This document shows positions 54,595-62,499 of a stretch of 64,000 bases of DNA, piece by piece. The notes beneath the pieces were generated by a model. It made no database searches and was not told the origin of the DNA. It saw only the letters and a list, made by a program, of their open reading frames with translations. The stretch comes from a virus: positions 64,001 through 128,000 of the IMG/VR virus record IMGVR_UViG_3300005529_000023; one strand, given 5' to 3'. Every line of letters begins with the position of its first letter. The stretch's first letter is position 1. The position numbers and the translations under genes are program-made.

Positions 54595-54725
54595 ATTTCT
54601 GTGGCTGGGAATCCCGATTCTCCACCCAGCTCTACCCCACTGCCTAGTCCATTAATCTAGGCGTTTCGGATTGCTAGTAGGTGAGGCGTGCGTTTTTATA
54701 CTCGTCTCGTACACTACACAGAAAT
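54595..54725 (-). ncRNA. Unclassified multibranch RNA (131 nt)
   Basis: Closing stem ATTTCTGTG/CACAGAAAT; GCCTAG/CTAGGC, GCTGGG/CCCAGC, CCTACT/AGTGGG helices. Confidence 0.5.
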
Positions 54726-54727
54726 TG

Positions 54728-54878
54728 TTGGTGGGTCGGGCTTGATACCGACTACTCTCACTTAACAACAACCCCCTTGAAGGTTACATTCAACAAGGGC
54801 GTCTGAGAGTTGCTTTCGGCGTTTCTTTGCCTGTAACTGCCAGCCTACATTATGCGTGTCCATCCACGCCGCCACCAA
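54728..54878 (-). ncRNA. tRNA-shaped RNA (151 nt) with giant variable region
   Basis: TTGGTGG/CCACCAA acceptor-like stem, D-arm GCGTG-GATGGA-CACGC, arm TGTAG/TTACA, ACTCTCA/TGAGAGT and CCCTTG/CAAGGG, T-arm GTCGG-TATCAAGC-CCGAC. Confidence 0.6.
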
Positions 54879-54925
54879 TTTTAGAGTTTAGAAGTAACCG
54901 TAACCGTCACTTCCTCAACGTAAAA

Positions 54926-55108
54926 CTAACTTTTCTTATTTTCGAGATTGTAGACCTTTGCGGCCTCTTCGATCTCGTTGGCGAACGTGCGAATACTCGA
55001 CACGACGACCTCAGCGTTTGCCGGATCAAAAGGATCAACTTCATTTTCTAGATCATTGATCTTGTCGAGAGATTCACCTACAGCGTCTGCATATCTATCT
55101 TTTGTCAT
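54926..55108 (-). CDS. Small acidic hypothetical protein
   Basis: SD AAGGGA; downstream of a TG-A-TAGATT promoter near 55137-55145. Confidence 0.55.
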   Translation of the reverse strand: MTKDRYADAVGESLDKINDLENEVDPFDPANAEVVVSSIRTFANEIEEAAKVYNLENKKS

Positions 55109-55164
55109 TTTCTTCCCTTTCGAACTAACAATTTGAATCTATCACACCTATTTTCTAAAACAAG

Positions 55165-55656
55165 CTATTTCGTAAAATTTATTTTTGCCTTAAAATCTTC
55201 TCTGACCCTGGTCAAAATCTGGCCAAGCCAGTTCGTACCATCCCAGTTTTCCTTATCCAAAATCAAGGGGTTATCCTCAGCAAGACCAACTCCCCAAATT
55301 TTGTCGTAAGGGCTCGCTTCGACGATTTCCCTATCACCAGTATCCAAAAGGATCTTTTGGAGTTCAGGATCAGAGAATTTGGCCTTGTTCGCCACGTAAA
55401 CAACTTCTTTGCAGACGATATTCCATGAGTCTGGATTAAAATTCTTGACGGTCCTGCCTATCGCCTTCTGTTCCTTTGGATTCTTTGCAGCCATGATCTT
55501 ATGCCAAGCCTCGAAGTCGCTAAACATCTTGGCTTTCATCGCCATCATGAACTGTTCGCAGCAGTTGTATTCTACTTCGCCGACAACAAAGGGGTGCTGG
55601 TACCACTGGCTAAATGGGCCACCCCAAAAGAATACGAATTTATCGGTAACTCTCAT
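55165..55656 (-). CDS. NADAR (YbiA-like) family hydrolase
   Basis: FSQWY...CEQFMMAMKA...QKAIGR...KF...EASPYDKIWGVG...NWLGQIL; ATGA overlap start. Confidence 0.92.
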   Translation of the reverse strand: MRVTDKFVFFWGGPFSQWYQHPFVVGEVEYNCCEQFMMAMKAKMFSDFEAWHKIMAAKNPKEQKAIGRTVKNFNPDSWNIVCKEVVYVANKAKFSDPELQKILLDTGDREIVEASPYDKIWGVGLAEDNPLILDKENWDGTNWLGQILTRVREDFKAKINFTK

Positions 55657-55916
55657 AACTTTTTGATTTCCTTTTTTGCAGCCTTTTTGATTGAACCACC
55701 CCAGCCCCAACAAAAGAAGTCTTTCAGTGTGAATGCATATTCGACAGCCTTTCTATAGGTGCCTTCTACACATTCCAAAAAAGCTTCATGATGAGATCCC
55801 CCGAGGTCGGGATTTGTGTCCTCTGCGTAGATTTCCCAAATCCCGTATTCCTCGGGGTCATGTTTTGACCATGAATACTCCGACCTTTCCTTAATGTACT
55901 GGTCAACAGTTTTCAC
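55653..55916 (-). CDS. Hypothetical protein
   Basis: GTG start; GIWEIYAEDTNPDLGG motif. Confidence 0.55.
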   Translation of the reverse strand: MKTVDQYIKERSEYSWSKHDPEEYGIWEIYAEDTNPDLGGSHHEAFLECVEGTYRKAVEYAFTLKDFFCWGWGGSIKKAAKKEIKKL

Positions 55917-55917
55917 G

Positions 55918-57456
55918 TTACACCTTTGCTCTAGCCCTAACTTCCTCAAACGTAGTTGCGTTGAGGATCTTACCGTTCTCGAAGATCGGAACCAACATGT
56001 CGCCAGACATCTCGTGATCAAGAGTCAGTCCATCTGTGTAGTTGATCTTCCCGTTAGCATCCTTCCAAACAGCAACCTTACCCTTTTGGCTCTTCTTGAT
56101 CCCGTCATCGGTCTTAGGATTCTTGAAGATCTGCTTCTCTTTTCCGTTGATCACGCACGCAGTAGACTTGAGTGCGAAACCAAAAGTATCTCGGGTGTTG
56201 TATTGATAGGTGTACGAACCAATCCCGAAGACTACGTTGATCGAAGCGAAACCCTTGGCTTTAAGCCTATCCATAATCTCTTTGGCGCGATTGAGTGTGA
56301 TCGCATCACCGTAGATCAGGCCAATATGGGAGTCAAGCAGGCAGTAGCCATTGGCGGTGACAGTTCCACCGAAGATATCCCAAAGAGCTTCGACGGCGCC
56401 TTTATGTTGAAGGCTTCCCCTCGGAGCATCGGGATCGCCGCAAACGATAAGGACTGGATCTCCTGAGTCAGGACGAATGACTACTTTGTCGAGACCGATC
56501 GGGCTGCCCTTGCGAGCGAGAATGTCCTTCTTGAGAGCAGGAATCACTCGTCCGATCACATCCCAAAAGTCGTATCCATCGGAAACGATCGACACTGGAC
56601 CGCTAGGATGAACGACATTGATGAGAGTTCTCAAATATTCCATGTCGTCGCCATAAGCGCACTGGATGCTGTGCTCGGAAGCAGGAATGGAAGTTCCAAC
56701 GAGTTCCTTTTCGATGTTAGCCTTGTAGTAGTACTCAGCTGAGGAAATCGACGGACACGTATCTGTTCCAGAGAACTGAGTCAGATGGCCCATGCCAGTG
56801 AGCATTCCAGCGTGAACACCCATCATTCCTCTCATCGAGAAATCATGGCCTTGGAACATCACAAAGCCCGTATCACCGACAGTTTCCATTGCTGCCTTAT
56901 TGAGGATCTTACGATACTCACGAGCGATGGTAGCTGCGGTGTAGCAAGGCCACAGTTCGCAGGAGGCCAAAGTCTCGATGTAGTTCGTGAGCCAAAAGAA
57001 TCGGGGATCGGTGTTCTGGATCGTGAGAACTGGCGTACGAAGAGGAACAACCGTTCCTTCTGGAAGTGCCTTGATGAGCAAGGGCAGATAACCCAAGTCA
57101 TGAAGCTCTTCAAGATGCTTCGTTTCAGGGTTTTGATCGCCGAGAGTAAATTTCACGAAGCGAGTGTACTCCGCGAGCACTTCTTGCTTATTTCTCTTAA
57201 AGAAGTTCTTGTTGAAGTAGTCGATCAAGAACCTCTTAGTGAAAGCCTGATTACCGAAAACGGCGACTTCACAGACATCCTTCATGCGCGTAGCGCGAGG
57301 AGTCCAAGTGGAGTACACGAGCTGCGTTCCCTTGGGATACATCGGCCTGTGTGCGAGCTTGTAGAAGTCGCACAAAGCAGCTGCCAAAGGCTCAAATTCG
57401 CCCGGCGTGTTTAGGGGAAACTCCATACCAATATCGTGACTGTAGTAGTTGCTCAT
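55918..57456 (-). CDS. nadV: Nicotinamide phosphoribosyltransferase family (NadV-like; candidate Namat of NARP1)
   Basis: DFYKLAH, HDFSMRG, SIPASEHS, VSDGYD, IRPDSGDP, GLIYGD, KNPKTDDG-KKS. Confidence 0.92.
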   Translation of the reverse strand: MSNYYSHDIGMEFPLNTPGEFEPLAAALCDFYKLAHRPMYPKGTQLVYSTWTPRATRMKDVCEVAVFGNQAFTKRFLIDYFNKNFFKRNKQEVLAEYTRFVKFTLGDQNPETKHLEELHDLGYLPLLIKALPEGTVVPLRTPVLTIQNTDPRFFWLTNYIETLASCELWPCYTAATIAREYRKILNKAAMETVGDTGFVMFQGHDFSMRGMMGVHAGMLTGMGHLTQFSGTDTCPSISSAEYYYKANIEKELVGTSIPASEHSIQCAYGDDMEYLRTLINVVHPSGPVSIVSDGYDFWDVIGRVIPALKKDILARKGSPIGLDKVVIRPDSGDPVLIVCGDPDAPRGSLQHKGAVEALWDIFGGTVTANGYCLLDSHIGLIYGDAITLNRAKEIMDRLKAKGFASINVVFGIGSYTYQYNTRDTFGFALKSTACVINGKEKQIFKNPKTDDGIKKSQKGKVAVWKDANGKINYTDGLTLDHEMSGDMLVPIFENGKILNATTFEEVRARAKV

Positions 57457-57635
57457 TTTGCACCCCCAACTTCATCACGGGACTTTCCGCAAATTTCGCA
57501 CAAGCTGCTATTCTTGAACCAGTGCAAGTGTGGGGTCTTCGCCAGCCTGGCCTTGGGTTCTCTACTGTGATACACAGTTTCCATTTGTTTCTTGGTCATT
57601 CCTAAGGAATTGACCTTCTCTACTGTTTTTTCCAT
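57453..57635 (-). CDS. Small zinc-finger protein
   Basis: HLH...CEICG. Confidence 0.5.
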   Translation of the reverse strand: MEKTVEKVNSLGMTKKQMETVYHSREPKARLAKTPHLHWFKNSSLCEICGKSRDEVGGAK

Positions 57636-57652
57636 ATAATCTCCTATATGGG

Positions 57653-58432
57653 TTAAGCTTCACTCTTCTCGCCATCGCGAGTGAAGACACGTTTGATGCC
57701 TGATTCATGTAGGGTCTTCACACCGCGTGAGAAGATCCCGTGAGTGACAAAGAGATTTACCTCTTTTGCACCTGCGGCCAACAGGTCTTTGGCCAACAAC
57801 TTGAAGGTGGCGCCACCATCGCAGATATCGTCTACAATTAGGACGTTTTTGCCGGCGCAATCACCGATAACTTTGTAACTGAGAATGTTTCCACTGAGCT
57901 GATCGCGAACTTTTTCACCGTAAATGTGCGGCCTGAAACAAGTAGAGTAAACCTTCGAGTACTTGGTCAGCGCACCCTTGTCTGGATAGCAGAAAATTGT
58001 GAATGCGCCGTTTTTGTCCATTTCTTGAGCAACTTCTTCGACCTTCTTAACAGGGTAGATGGCTTCAGCGGAACAACTCGGACGAACAGCGTCCCAATTA
58101 TGGGGATCGTGAATGATCAGATGATTGACGAATGTGAATGTGTTGAAGAGTTTGAAAAAGGTCTTGAGTGCAAAACAACTATCATTCGCTATCGGCTTGT
58201 CTTGGCGAGCATACGGCAAATAAGTAATTTCGATCTCGCTTTGAACAGCAAGGGTGTCGAAGAGATGAAGAAGCTGGAACAGCTGCATCACTTCTGCTTC
58301 ATTCGAATATTGCCAGAGAATTTTTGCTGGATTGGAACGAGAACCAGTGAGCGGTTCGGGAAGTTTCCAGACCTGGGAGGTCTTATCGGGGAAAACCGTA
58401 ACATTCAACGGTTGACCGTTTAGGTAAATCAT
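57653..58432 (-). CDS. prs: Ribose-phosphate pyrophosphokinase family (candidate Adps of NARP1)
   Basis: FPD, YLPYARQD, DPH, PDKGA, LIVDDICDGGAT, VTHGIFS. Confidence 0.9.
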   Translation of the reverse strand: MIYLNGQPLNVTVFPDKTSQVWKLPEPLTGSRSNPAKILWQYSNEAEVMQLFQLLHLFDTLAVQSEIEITYLPYARQDKPIANDSCFALKTFFKLFNTFTFVNHLIIHDPHNWDAVRPSCSAEAIYPVKKVEEVAQEMDKNGAFTIFCYPDKGALTKYSKVYSTCFRPHIYGEKVRDQLSGNILSYKVIGDCAGKNVLIVDDICDGGATFKLLAKDLLAAGAKEVNLFVTHGIFSRGVKTLHESGIKRVFTRDGEKSEA

Positions 58433-58447
58433 TTGGGCTCCTTATCG

Positions 58448-58491
58448 AGTTCACTCCGAGTTCCATCAATCTCGAACTTCGGTGGCGAACT
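58448..58491 (-). promoter_or_regulatory. Structured 5' leader of prs/nadV operon
   Basis: Two AGTTC and two GAACT copies able to pair in alternative registers, just upstream of SD AAGGAG; promoter TTGTTT-17-TATAAC near 58507-58535. Confidence 0.45.
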
Positions 58492-58550
58492 TGCCTTACA
58501 CTTAAGGTTATATCAGAGCCTATTTAGCGAAACAAGGAAAATAAGGAAAT

Positions 58551-58574
58551 AAAAAAGGCGCCATCCCTGGCGCC
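58551..58574 (-). terminator. Rho-independent terminator
   Basis: GGCGCCA-GGGA-TGGCGCC followed by TTTTTT. Confidence 0.8.
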
Positions 58575-58615
58575 CCATCTTTTGAAAAGATGTCTCTGTG
58601 TCTTCCTGACACGTA

Positions 58616-58786
58616 CTAGAGTTTTAGAACAATTTTAACAGCTTGCACAGCTGCATCGACAGCAGCCTTGATCAGTCCATGACCAAAGTAGCCGATTGCG
58701 ATGCCGCAAGCAAGATGTGACCAGCCATAAGCTTTCGCAAGCCAAGGCTGAACTTGTGCCCAAAGGGCGAGTAATTTAGCTTTCAT
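58616..58786 (-). CDS. Small membrane protein (56 aa, MKAKLLALWAQ...), not in ORF track
   Basis: Translated by hand; SD AAGGAG; hydrophobic segment. Confidence 0.6.
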   Translation of the reverse strand: MKAKLLALWAQVQPWLAKAYGWSHLACGIAIGYFGHGLIKAAVDAAVQAVKIVLKL

Positions 58787-60248
58787 TTTTCTTCTCCTTC
58801 TTTTCGGCCATCATTATGCCGAGATTGTCGTTACCAGTTGAAAACGGTCCAGTACCAGTCATCTTGCGCAGACTTTTTTCGGCCCTGAGCGACTTGCTGA
58901 GAGCTAAAGTCCTACCGATTGCGTCAATTTCTCCCTTTGTAAGATGGGGAAGACGCTCTTGCATGAACTTGACGAACTGCTCGCGCTTTTCCCATTTCTG
59001 GTACTCTTCTTCCGCGCGAGCAAACCATTGCGACTTTTCTAGCTTTGGCTTGATCTGCTTCATCTCTTTGAGCGCTACTTTGGCATGTCGGCGTGCCATT
59101 TCTTTCGAACCATGGCCGGCGCTAGATGGCTGCCTGATGTGAGTTCCCATTACGCTAGTTCCACCCTTGGGATTGGAAGCGGGAGCCATATGTACGCCCT
59201 TGATGTTTTTGTCGAGATCTTCTTTTGCTAGAGCAGCACCTTGTGTAAGTTCTGAAGGCGCAGCTAGACCAGATCCTGCATCGAGGGCTTTGTGAAGAGT
59301 TGGCGCAAGTCTGGTTTGTTTTCTTTCAGCGGTACCAGCTGCCTGCATGTGAAGTTTCATCTTGTCTACGTGGTGAGCGCCAAGCTTAGGGTCTTTGGCT
59401 TTTCCAGCGGCAGCATGATGAAAGCCAGCAGCTTCCGTGTGGTCTTGGCTAGAAAACCCATGGTATTCATGAATTTTTGCGTGAGTGAAAACTTTCTTGC
59501 CTGACTTCGTAGTACCCATGTGAAGACCGGGGTTGCTAGTTGGCGATGCAATCGCAGGAGTATGCGCTTTTGGAGCAGCAGGAGGAACTTGGCCAGTTGT
59601 AGTCAGAGATTTTTGTATATCTTCTTGTTTCACTAGTTCTACGTAAGAAGGTTGAGAGAACTGAAACAGCTCAATCTCAGTCGATTCAGTCTTAAACAGT
59701 TCATTTATGTCTTTTGGCTTTCTTGGAGGCATGATTTCAGCAACCGCTGTCTTGTTACAGGGAGTCACAGTAATCGTGACTTTGCGGGCGATAGAACGAG
59801 GAATATCCATTCCCTTCTTTTCGATTCTTGCGCCTTCGATAGAGAAATTATTTACGTAAGCCTGATTCTGGCCCTTTTTGTCATGATCATAACGGAACTT
59901 TCCAGCCAAATCGCGAGCTGCGTCTGTGTAGTCATCAAATAGTTCACCCATCACATATAAGTAGGGAGTTTCGATTTTGCGCCAGAATTTCAATTGATGA
60001 TCGTCGTCGCAGTCTTCTTCTTTGAAGATCTTCTTAGCCTTAAGAATTTTTCCAACAACCATTGCAGGAACTTTGATTTGCAATTCTACGGGCCTACCAT
60101 CTTTATCTGGTACTTTTCCAGTTTCATGTTCAAAGTTGAATACTCCATCTTTTTCAAGACTTGAGATATCCATTCCAGCAATTGAAATACGTTCACCCGA
60201 ACTGTCAATGTTTTCTGAGGCAGCGATGCCGTGAATGAAAGTACTCAT
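58776..60248 (-). CDS. Prohead (capsid maturation) protease with C-terminal extension
   Basis: HGIAASENIDSSGE, FNFEH and FSIEG motifs of HK97/herpes-fold prohead proteases. Confidence 0.8.
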   Translation of the reverse strand: MSTFIHGIAASENIDSSGERISIAGMDISSLEKDGVFNFEHETGKVPDKDGRPVELQIKVPAMVVGKILKAKKIFKEEDCDDDHQLKFWRKIETPYLYVMGELFDDYTDAARDLAGKFRYDHDKKGQNQAYVNNFSIEGARIEKKGMDIPRSIARKVTITVTPCNKTAVAEIMPPRKPKDINELFKTESTEIELFQFSQPSYVELVKQEDIQKSLTTTGQVPPAAPKAHTPAIASPTSNPGLHMGTTKSGKKVFTHAKIHEYHGFSSQDHTEAAGFHHAAAGKAKDPKLGAHHVDKMKLHMQAAGTAERKQTRLAPTLHKALDAGSGLAAPSELTQGAALAKEDLDKNIKGVHMAPASNPKGGTSVMGTHIRQPSSAGHGSKEMARRHAKVALKEMKQIKPKLEKSQWFARAEEEYQKWEKREQFVKFMQERLPHLTKGEIDAIGRTLALSKSLRAEKSLRKMTGTGPFSTGNDNLGIMMAEKKEKKNES

Positions 60249-60250
60249 AT

Positions 60251-60706
60251 CTATAAGATTAACTTGTTGTTCTTTTTGCGATTCTCATCTGCGGATAAGT
60301 ACTGAAGATTCCAAGGAACATGTAGTCCACAAACATCTCTGCCACGTAAAGGAACTATGTGATCTACGTGAAAACCCACTGGACAACTGTCATATATCGC
60401 GGAAATCTCTTTCTCGAAATTCCCAATAGTAGCCTTGAGTTGGATAGCACGTCTTTTGGCTTGATTTATCCTATGTTTATGTTTTCTCACTGGATTCTGA
60501 AAATATTTTCTATCCAATTCCCTAAGTCTTTCTGAGTTATTTTCTTTCCATTTCTCTCGTCTTAACGAATATTTATCCTTATTTGGTTTGTAATAAATAT
60601 CTATAAAACAGGGCTTACAGACAGAAGTCCTTCCAAACTTTCCCTTCTTTTGCTTATTAAATTGATCAAGCTCTTTTTCTAAACCGCAATTTTTACAAAT
60701 TTTCAT
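60251..60706 (-). mobile_element. Free-standing HNH homing endonuclease
   Basis: CKNC...CKPC, HVDHIVPL...GLHVPWNLQ...EN-KK; AT-rich; start at ATG 60706, 6 nt after AATCTT (60713-60718). Confidence 0.88.
60255..60260 (-). promoter_or_regulatory. Candidate late promoter AATCTT
   Basis: 6 nt before the protease ATG; lies in the last codons of the HNH gene. Confidence 0.45.
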
Positions 60707-60887
60707 ATGTAGAAGATTCGTTCTTGTGAATACGTAGTTAAAGAATTTACAAACTTGCATCATAAACTATCGTTTTTACACGATAAAGTTGATGAGCGAC
60801 ATTCTTTAACAGTATCGAGAAGTTAAGCCACTTAGGAAATAAGTGGAATAAATGTGTCACGACACAAAATACTAAGGAGAATTTACA

Positions 60888-61355
60888 ATGCCAAGTTCAA
60901 ATGCAAAAGCCGTAGCACTTGCTCGCGACCTAGCTGACAAGCTAGCTAAGCGTTATGCTGGTGGTTCTGGTCTAAATACAATCCGCCAAGCTTTCGATGC
61001 TAATGGCTGGCCAATGATTTTCGTTTCCCACGGTGGAAACGAAGCTGAAGGACAAGCAGTTGTTCTCATCCGTATCAAGGGTGTAGACGCTGTTTCGAAG
61101 GACATCTTCGGCAACGCAACGACTGCCTATGCTCCTCACACGCTTGAGTTGGCATATGAGCTTACTGCGACTTCGAACTGCCCAATTCCAACTCTCGCTG
61201 ACCTAGCTCAGGCTGAGTTCGAAGCTATCAAGACTGGCGTTCGTTACCAGCTTAAGGAAATTGCTAACGCTACTCAGGTTACTGAAGCGGCTATCAACGC
61301 AAAGTCTGCAGACGCGGATATCGACGAACTATACTGGCCAACGAAGTCTGTGTAA
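60888..61355 (+). CDS. Putative virion/head protein
   Basis: SD AAGGAG; first gene of the capsid operon. Confidence 0.6.
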   Translation: MPSSNAKAVALARDLADKLAKRYAGGSGLNTIRQAFDANGWPMIFVSHGGNEAEGQAVVLIRIKGVDAVSKDIFGNATTAYAPHTLELAYELTATSNCPIPTLADLAQAEFEAIKTGVRYQLKEIANATQVTEAAINAKSADADIDELYWPTKSV

Positions 61356-61379
61356 TTGGTTACGTAGGGAGAAACCACT

Positions 61380-62471
61380 ATGTATACCGAAACACAGCTT
61401 TCAAAGCTAATCGAGGACGTGGAAAAAGAATTCACGGCTCATTTGGCGAAGGCGGAGGAAGGCTTCAAAGTCTCTCTCGCTAAGTCAGAAGAAGCCAATG
61501 CTAATTCCGAACCTCTAGCTAAGGCTGAAGAAGGCGAAAAAAAGCCTCCTACAGAAAAAAAGCCTGAAGCTAAAGAAGGAAAGGAAGAAGGCAAGGAAGC
61601 CCCAAGTCACGATGGTAAGGAAGCTGCGCCAGCACCAGCTGAAGGCGAAAAGCCAGCAGAAGGCGCTCCAGCACCAGAAGCTAAGGAAGGCGCTCCAGCA
61701 CCAGCAGAAGGTGCTCCAGCTCCTGCACAAGGCGGAGACCAATGTGACTACGACGCGGAAGACTTGGAACACATGAGCAAAATGTACATGTCCATGTCTA
61801 AAGGTGAACTACTAGCTCACCACGACGCTGTCAGGAAGGCTTTAGATACAAAAGGAATGGGTGAACCCATGATGAAGTCTGAACTAAATGCTCATCCTGA
61901 TAATGCGCCAAAGCCAAAGGACAACGGTAAGTCGTTGGACAGCGATCCTGCCAACGGCGGAATTGTTGAACAGGCTCCTGACAATACGCCAGGTGCTAAG
62001 TCCGAAGCTAGCGGCCCAGCAGGTAAGAAGCCAAAGAAGGCTCCTGACTCTAAACGCAATGGTGGAGAAGAAGAGGGTCAAGAACCCCACGGCTCCCCAG
62101 GCGCTAAGTCGGAAGCTAGCAAGGCGGAAGGAAATCAAATGGAAAAGTCAGAAGTAGAACTAGTGAAGGCAGAACTCGATGCTGAGAAGGCCAAGAATGT
62201 AAGTCTTCAGAAGAACTTCGACGCAGTCCAGGTTTTTCTAACCAAGCTAGTTGAGAAGAAAGTTGCTCCAGCAGGTAAGGCTATTACCTCATTGGACGCT
62301 ATCACTAAGAGTGAAGGTATCGAAGAAAAGACCCTTACTAAGAGTGAGATCGATCAAATTCTTTTTAAGAAGTCCTCGGACCCTCTTCTAAAGAGTGAAG
62401 ATAGACAAGCAATCAACGCCTATTACCTAAATGGGGCAGGCATTAACAGTATCAGCCATTTGCTCAAATAA
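61380..62471 (+). CDS. Capsid scaffold protein
   Basis: Acidic, low-complexity, directly upstream of the MCP; about 10 [LIVM]xK[SA] motifs. Confidence 0.7.
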   Translation: MYTETQLSKLIEDVEKEFTAHLAKAEEGFKVSLAKSEEANANSEPLAKAEEGEKKPPTEKKPEAKEGKEEGKEAPSHDGKEAAPAPAEGEKPAEGAPAPEAKEGAPAPAEGAPAPAQGGDQCDYDAEDLEHMSKMYMSMSKGELLAHHDAVRKALDTKGMGEPMMKSELNAHPDNAPKPKDNGKSLDSDPANGGIVEQAPDNTPGAKSEASGPAGKKPKKAPDSKRNGGEEEGQEPHGSPGAKSEASKAEGNQMEKSEVELVKAELDAEKAKNVSLQKNFDAVQVFLTKLVEKKVAPAGKAITSLDAITKSEGIEEKTLTKSEIDQILFKKSSDPLLKSEDRQAINAYYLNGAGINSISHLLK

Positions 62472-62499
62472 GCAGTGGAATTAACTAAGGAGAAGAAAA

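Noticed and set aside
54810-54835. GGCAAA...ACGC...AAAGC resemblance to the c-di-GMP-I riboswitch
   Set aside because: The P2 upper stem and GNRA/receptor are missing, and the segment sits inside a tRNA-like frame rather than a 5' UTR.
54728-54878. tmRNA or RNase P RNA
   Set aside because: Too short, no G3:U70 acceptor or tag ORF, and no GAGGAAAGUCC/ACAGAA..CGGCUUA RNase P motifs.
61620-61735. Tandem GCACCAGC(A/T)GAAGG repeats resembling an array
   Set aside because: They encode APAEG/APEA linker repeats in the scaffold protein, with no unique spacers, so this is not a CRISPR array.
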